A stretch of DNA of 18,631 nucleotides from Promethearchaeota archaeon (lineage in GTDB: Archaea > Asgardarchaeota > Lokiarchaeia > Sigyniarchaeales > SOKP01): assembly GCA_011364925.1 (NCBI GenBank), contig RDOA01000061.1:1-18631 (forward strand). Reading direction: 5' to 3'. The notes under the pieces are model-generated. The model worked only from the letters and a program-made list of their open reading frames with translations, did not search any database and was not told the DNA's origin. Both the position numbers and the translations under genes were made by a program. Positions 15,524 through 18,631 of the stretch are shown one piece after another (position 1 is the stretch's first letter; every line of letters begins with the position of its first letter).

Positions 15524-18445
15524 TTACACTTCACATCCCGTAAAGAAGACTTTATGACCGCTCGCGATTGCTATTCCTTTTTTCGAAATTGTAATCGTAA
15601 TTTTACCATCATCGTTCTTTCCTTTAAAAGTTTCGTGTTTTGTAGAAACATGATGTACGTAAATATCCCACGAAACTCGAAGATCGTCAATTCTAAGTTC
15701 GATAGTAGTAGCATTGATGTAAATCGCAGCATTATCGCCCCAACAACACCATCTACATGTTCCGATTCTACCCCATCCAACAAGCATACTATGACTCATC
15801 AACCAATCCACAGTCGGTTGACTCACTTGTTCTGCTGAATATTCACCAGAGTACACATCCAAGTGACCGTATCCCCAAAGATATATTCCTGTGAAATCTG
15901 GATTAGCAATACCGCGATTGAATTCACCAAAATAAGCTAGTCCCATCAACTCACTTGTAAAAGCGAGGATTGGAACATCAATCTCGCTATAATGGTCATC
16001 AAAGTCAAATGTTACGTACGGACAATTATCCCAGTCTCTTATTGCAGCGCTCTCGAGACTTAATCTTGAAGGCCAATATCTATCGAAAGTCGCATCAATG
16101 TGTATCATTACAGCGGGATCACCGAACCCTCCATAAATGTTACTAACAACACCAGGACCCCATGCCATATAAATCATAAATGCAGCCCACTCTTGTATAT
16201 TTGTCCACGGTAAAAGTGTAAGGGGATTTATTGTGGGTTCAAGGGGAGTTCCTAGAAATTCAGCTGGAGCTGTTGGATTTTGATCAGCATATTGCATGAC
16301 AAACTTTGATCCGGGAGAACCTCCTACTTCACTAGACCAACTACCCCCTGCTATCATTCCAGCAATCACAGCCGGTAGGTTAAACGAGTTAGTTCTATCT
16401 TCGGGGTCTATGGTTCCTCCTGTTCCACCATCCCGTAATAATAATCCTTTGAGATCTTCTTTCCAATACACCGATGCATAATTCATAGCTGCACTCCCTC
16501 CAAAACTATCACCTGCTAAATATACTCTCTTAGCCCCAGATACGGCTTTAGCTAATTCTATTGCTTCTTTTATATCGCTAATCCACTGGTCCCAACCCCA
16601 ATAGGCCATAAAGCCAAGATCAGGAGGATTCAAGTATTGATTTACAAAGTGGGTTCTATAATCTATTGCATAGACGTCAAAATTTCTATTTGCAAGGTAG
16701 AAAGCGAAACTATGATCCTCAGTGTGCGTCCACCAATCTTCAGGTGGATTTGAAGTTAATTGTTCACCATTACTCCAAGTTCCTGGTAGGACGAATACTA
16801 CTCCTTCTGGTTCAATACCAGCTTTCACTAATCTGTGTAAACCAATTTTATCGTAAGGACCAAAAGGAGGTACTTCTAACTCCCATATATCTTCTCTCAA
16901 GTCGGGATACGCTTTTACGCTCCTATCATCTATGGTCATATCCCATTTCATCAAAGCTACTGGAGTATCGTCAACTTTATCGATAATATCTCTTAAGGCT
17001 TTAGTTGTAGGCACTAAAGCATCTTTTTGGACGGTCTCTGGAGTATCCATATTAGTGAATTGAGGAGCATTGTGACCAATTAGGTGAAAAGTTGGTATTC
17101 CAATAGCATCGAATAAACCACCCTCTCCAGGTGCGTTAGGAAAGAGACCTCCGGAAGCAGGTTGAATGGACGTACGATCGAGATCGTTATCAACAACAGC
17201 ATCAATAGCAAAATCTAATAAATAGGGGTTTCCTGATCCTGGCAATCCTGATACAAATAGCGCTCTTGGAGAAATTAAACCAGTCGCGACAAATTCTCCC
17301 CCTACAATCTTATATTGTTTTGAAATCATCTCAACGCTAACAGCAGCAACAATTTTATCCTGTATCGCAGCTATCTGTGGGCAGAGCTCTAACAACGGAG
17401 GGCGTTTACCAAAATGACTTGATAATGTAAGAAAGATTAAAGATCTTTCTCTCTGATACCACGGAATTTTGGAGTAGTATTTAGCTAAAGCCATAACTAC
17501 TGACGCTCCTGAACCTTCGTTTGTCGCCCATCCATCATGATGAGAAACGACTACGATGGTTTCATCTGATTTTCCAGGTAAAAATCCATATACATTGAAA
17601 GTTTCTCCTATTCCTGCATACCCAGTCAAAACAATTGTTGCTTCAACTGGAGTTCCACCCAATAGCAAACTCCTCAATTCGTTACCGTCATTTGGACTTA
17701 TATAAACTCCTGGAATAGAAGTTTCTACATATGCGTGTAAATATTGATGAATATCATTAGCTGTGAATGTAAGTATTCCAACAAACCCAGCAGCGTCATA
17801 CCCGGCGGCTAAATCGTACGCACTGTTAATATTAGCTACTGGCCAATTTTCAGTAATCTTATCTCCCGCCAAATTGTTATCCGGATCGTAAGTATATAAA
17901 TCAAACAAGTCAAGCGCTGCCATTGGAATGCCGGGAGCAATCAAATCTACAACGACTATTTTTCCTGCAACACCACTAGCACTATCGGCTGCCGCAAAAT
18001 CGTCTGCAGATCCTATTCCTACATAAATCATTTCACCACTAACTCCTCCTGAAGGAGTGAACCCAGCATAACGAACAAAACCACATGGGATTGATGTATC
18101 TACTCCATCTACATGTGTTGTTAAACTCCATACATCTGGAAAGCATACTTCTATTGCTACAGGTTCGAGTAACGTATCTTGTAATCCAAATTTATCAAAT
18201 TTATTTAAAACATAATTTGCACCTTCAATATCCGCTGGTGTTCCTGGCATTCGGTAGCCATAGCGGCCCTGATCGCCTATTTCCCATAAATCCTCTATCC
18301 ATCCGAAAATCTCATCCTCTGAGGGAATTTTTGATTTCTTGCCTTTACCAGAACCACCACACGAACTTGCTGGTGATACAAACGCAAAAATCCCTAGAAA
18401 CAAGACAACTACTATAAAATAAATCTTTAATTTTTTAGTTTGCAT
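15524..18445 (-). CDS. Secreted multidomain hydrolase: signal peptide, PA-domain M28-like metallopeptidase, alpha/beta hydrolase and small C-terminal beta domain
   Basis: N-terminal KK plus hydrophobic signal. RMPGTPAD, PA insert (GEMIYVGIG...VAGKIVVVD), NVYGFLPGKSDETIVVVSHHD and RSLIFL mark the M28-like part. From about aa 499: VFVLPGTW, FDVYAIDYRTH, nucleophile AGDSFGG and GYGHLDVY. A GAGG SD is upstream. Confidence 0.8.
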   Translation of the reverse strand: MQTKKLKIYFIVVVLFLGIFAFVSPASSCGGSGKGKKSKIPSEDEIFGWIEDLWEIGDQGRYGYRMPGTPADIEGANYVLNKFDKFGLQDTLLEPVAIEVCFPDVWSLTTHVDGVDTSIPCGFVRYAGFTPSGGVSGEMIYVGIGSADDFAAADSASGVAGKIVVVDLIAPGIPMAALDLFDLYTYDPDNNLAGDKITENWPVANINSAYDLAAGYDAAGFVGILTFTANDIHQYLHAYVETSIPGVYISPNDGNELRSLLLGGTPVEATIVLTGYAGIGETFNVYGFLPGKSDETIVVVSHHDGWATNEGSGASVVMALAKYYSKIPWYQRERSLIFLTLSSHFGKRPPLLELCPQIAAIQDKIVAAVSVEMISKQYKIVGGEFVATGLISPRALFVSGLPGSGNPYLLDFAIDAVVDNDLDRTSIQPASGGLFPNAPGEGGLFDAIGIPTFHLIGHNAPQFTNMDTPETVQKDALVPTTKALRDIIDKVDDTPVALMKWDMTIDDRSVKAYPDLREDIWELEVPPFGPYDKIGLHRLVKAGIEPEGVVFVLPGTWSNGEQLTSNPPEDWWTHTEDHSFAFYLANRNFDVYAIDYRTHFVNQYLNPPDLGFMAYWGWDQWISDIKEAIELAKAVSGAKRVYLAGDSFGGSAAMNYASVYWKEDLKGLLLRDGGTGGTIDPEDRTNSFNLPAVIAGMIAGGSWSSEVGGSPGSKFVMQYADQNPTAPAEFLGTPLEPTINPLTLLPWTNIQEWAAFMIYMAWGPGVVSNIYGGFGDPAVMIHIDATFDRYWPSRLSLESAAIRDWDNCPYVTFDFDDHYSEIDVPILAFTSELMGLAYFGEFNRGIANPDFTGIYLWGYGHLDVYSGEYSAEQVSQPTVDWLMSHSMLVGWGRIGTCRWCCWGDNAAIYINATTIELRIDDLRVSWDIYVHHVSTKHETFKGKNDDGKITITISKKGIAIASGHKVFFTGCEV

Positions 18446-18469
18446 TTAAATTTTCCTCATTTTTTACAT

Positions 18470-18500
18470 CGTATTAAAGGTAGAGACATTCCTTAATACG
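18470..18500. repeat. Inverted repeat CGTATTAA(A)GG...CCTTAATACG in the upstream region of the M28 fusion
   Basis: 8-bp perfect stem that extends by GG/CC past a 1-nt bulge, about 25 nt upstream of the ATG at 18445. Confidence 0.45.
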
Positions 18501-18516
18501 TTCGTTTAAAAATTTG

Positions 18517-18546
18517 TAGTTAGATTTTTTGTTTTTAGTTAGATTT
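18517..18546. repeat. 11-bp direct repeat TAGTTAGATTT x2 (19-bp period)
   Basis: Copies at 18517-18527 and 18536-18546, downstream (minus-strand sense) of a TATTTATATA element at 18575-18584. Confidence 0.45.
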
Positions 18547-18631
18547 CGAAGCAAGTAACTATTCGATAACCTTCTATATAAATATTTTACTTTGTTGTAA
18601 GTTTATGATACTGGCTTAGTTCTTACCGTTT

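Noticed and set aside
15554-18417. Short ORFs overlapping the M28/hydrolase gene (15554, 15571, 16296, 16666, 18085)
   Set aside because: Nested in or antisense to a 973-aa CDS with recognisable domains.
1-18631. tRNA, rRNA or CRISPR arrays
   Set aside because: All intergenic regions are short and AT-rich, with no GC-rich cloverleaf or regularly spaced repeat-spacer pattern.

Overview
AT-rich prokaryotic window that looks archaeal: TATA boxes about 25 nt before leaderless ATGs, GGTGA Shine-Dalgarno sites, oligo-T terminators and a Zn-ribbon membrane protein. The gene style suggests Asgard/Lokiarchaeia, but that is an inference. From left to right it holds: the 3' end of a NurA-like nuclease coupled to a divergent HerA-type ATPase; an MFS (MefA/DHA3-like) exporter; a membrane protein; a bacterial-type ClpB; a QW-repeat alpha/alpha-toroid protein divergent from a clear ERG2/sigma-1 receptor homologue; an orphan LuxE-like acyl-protein synthetase; a VOC/PhnB protein; an alpha/beta hydrolase; an unannotated truncated paralogue of the downstream GNAT gene with its promoter; a Zn-ribbon 4-TM protein; a hypothetical protein; an Eis-like GNAT; and a secreted PA/M28-peptidase-like + alpha/beta-hydrolase fusion with a non-canonical metal site. 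The strongest lead is the ERG2/sigma-1 homologue, which has a C-terminal rather than N-terminal membrane anchor and sits among possible lipid-handling genes. No tRNA, rRNA, CRISPR array or transposase was seen.
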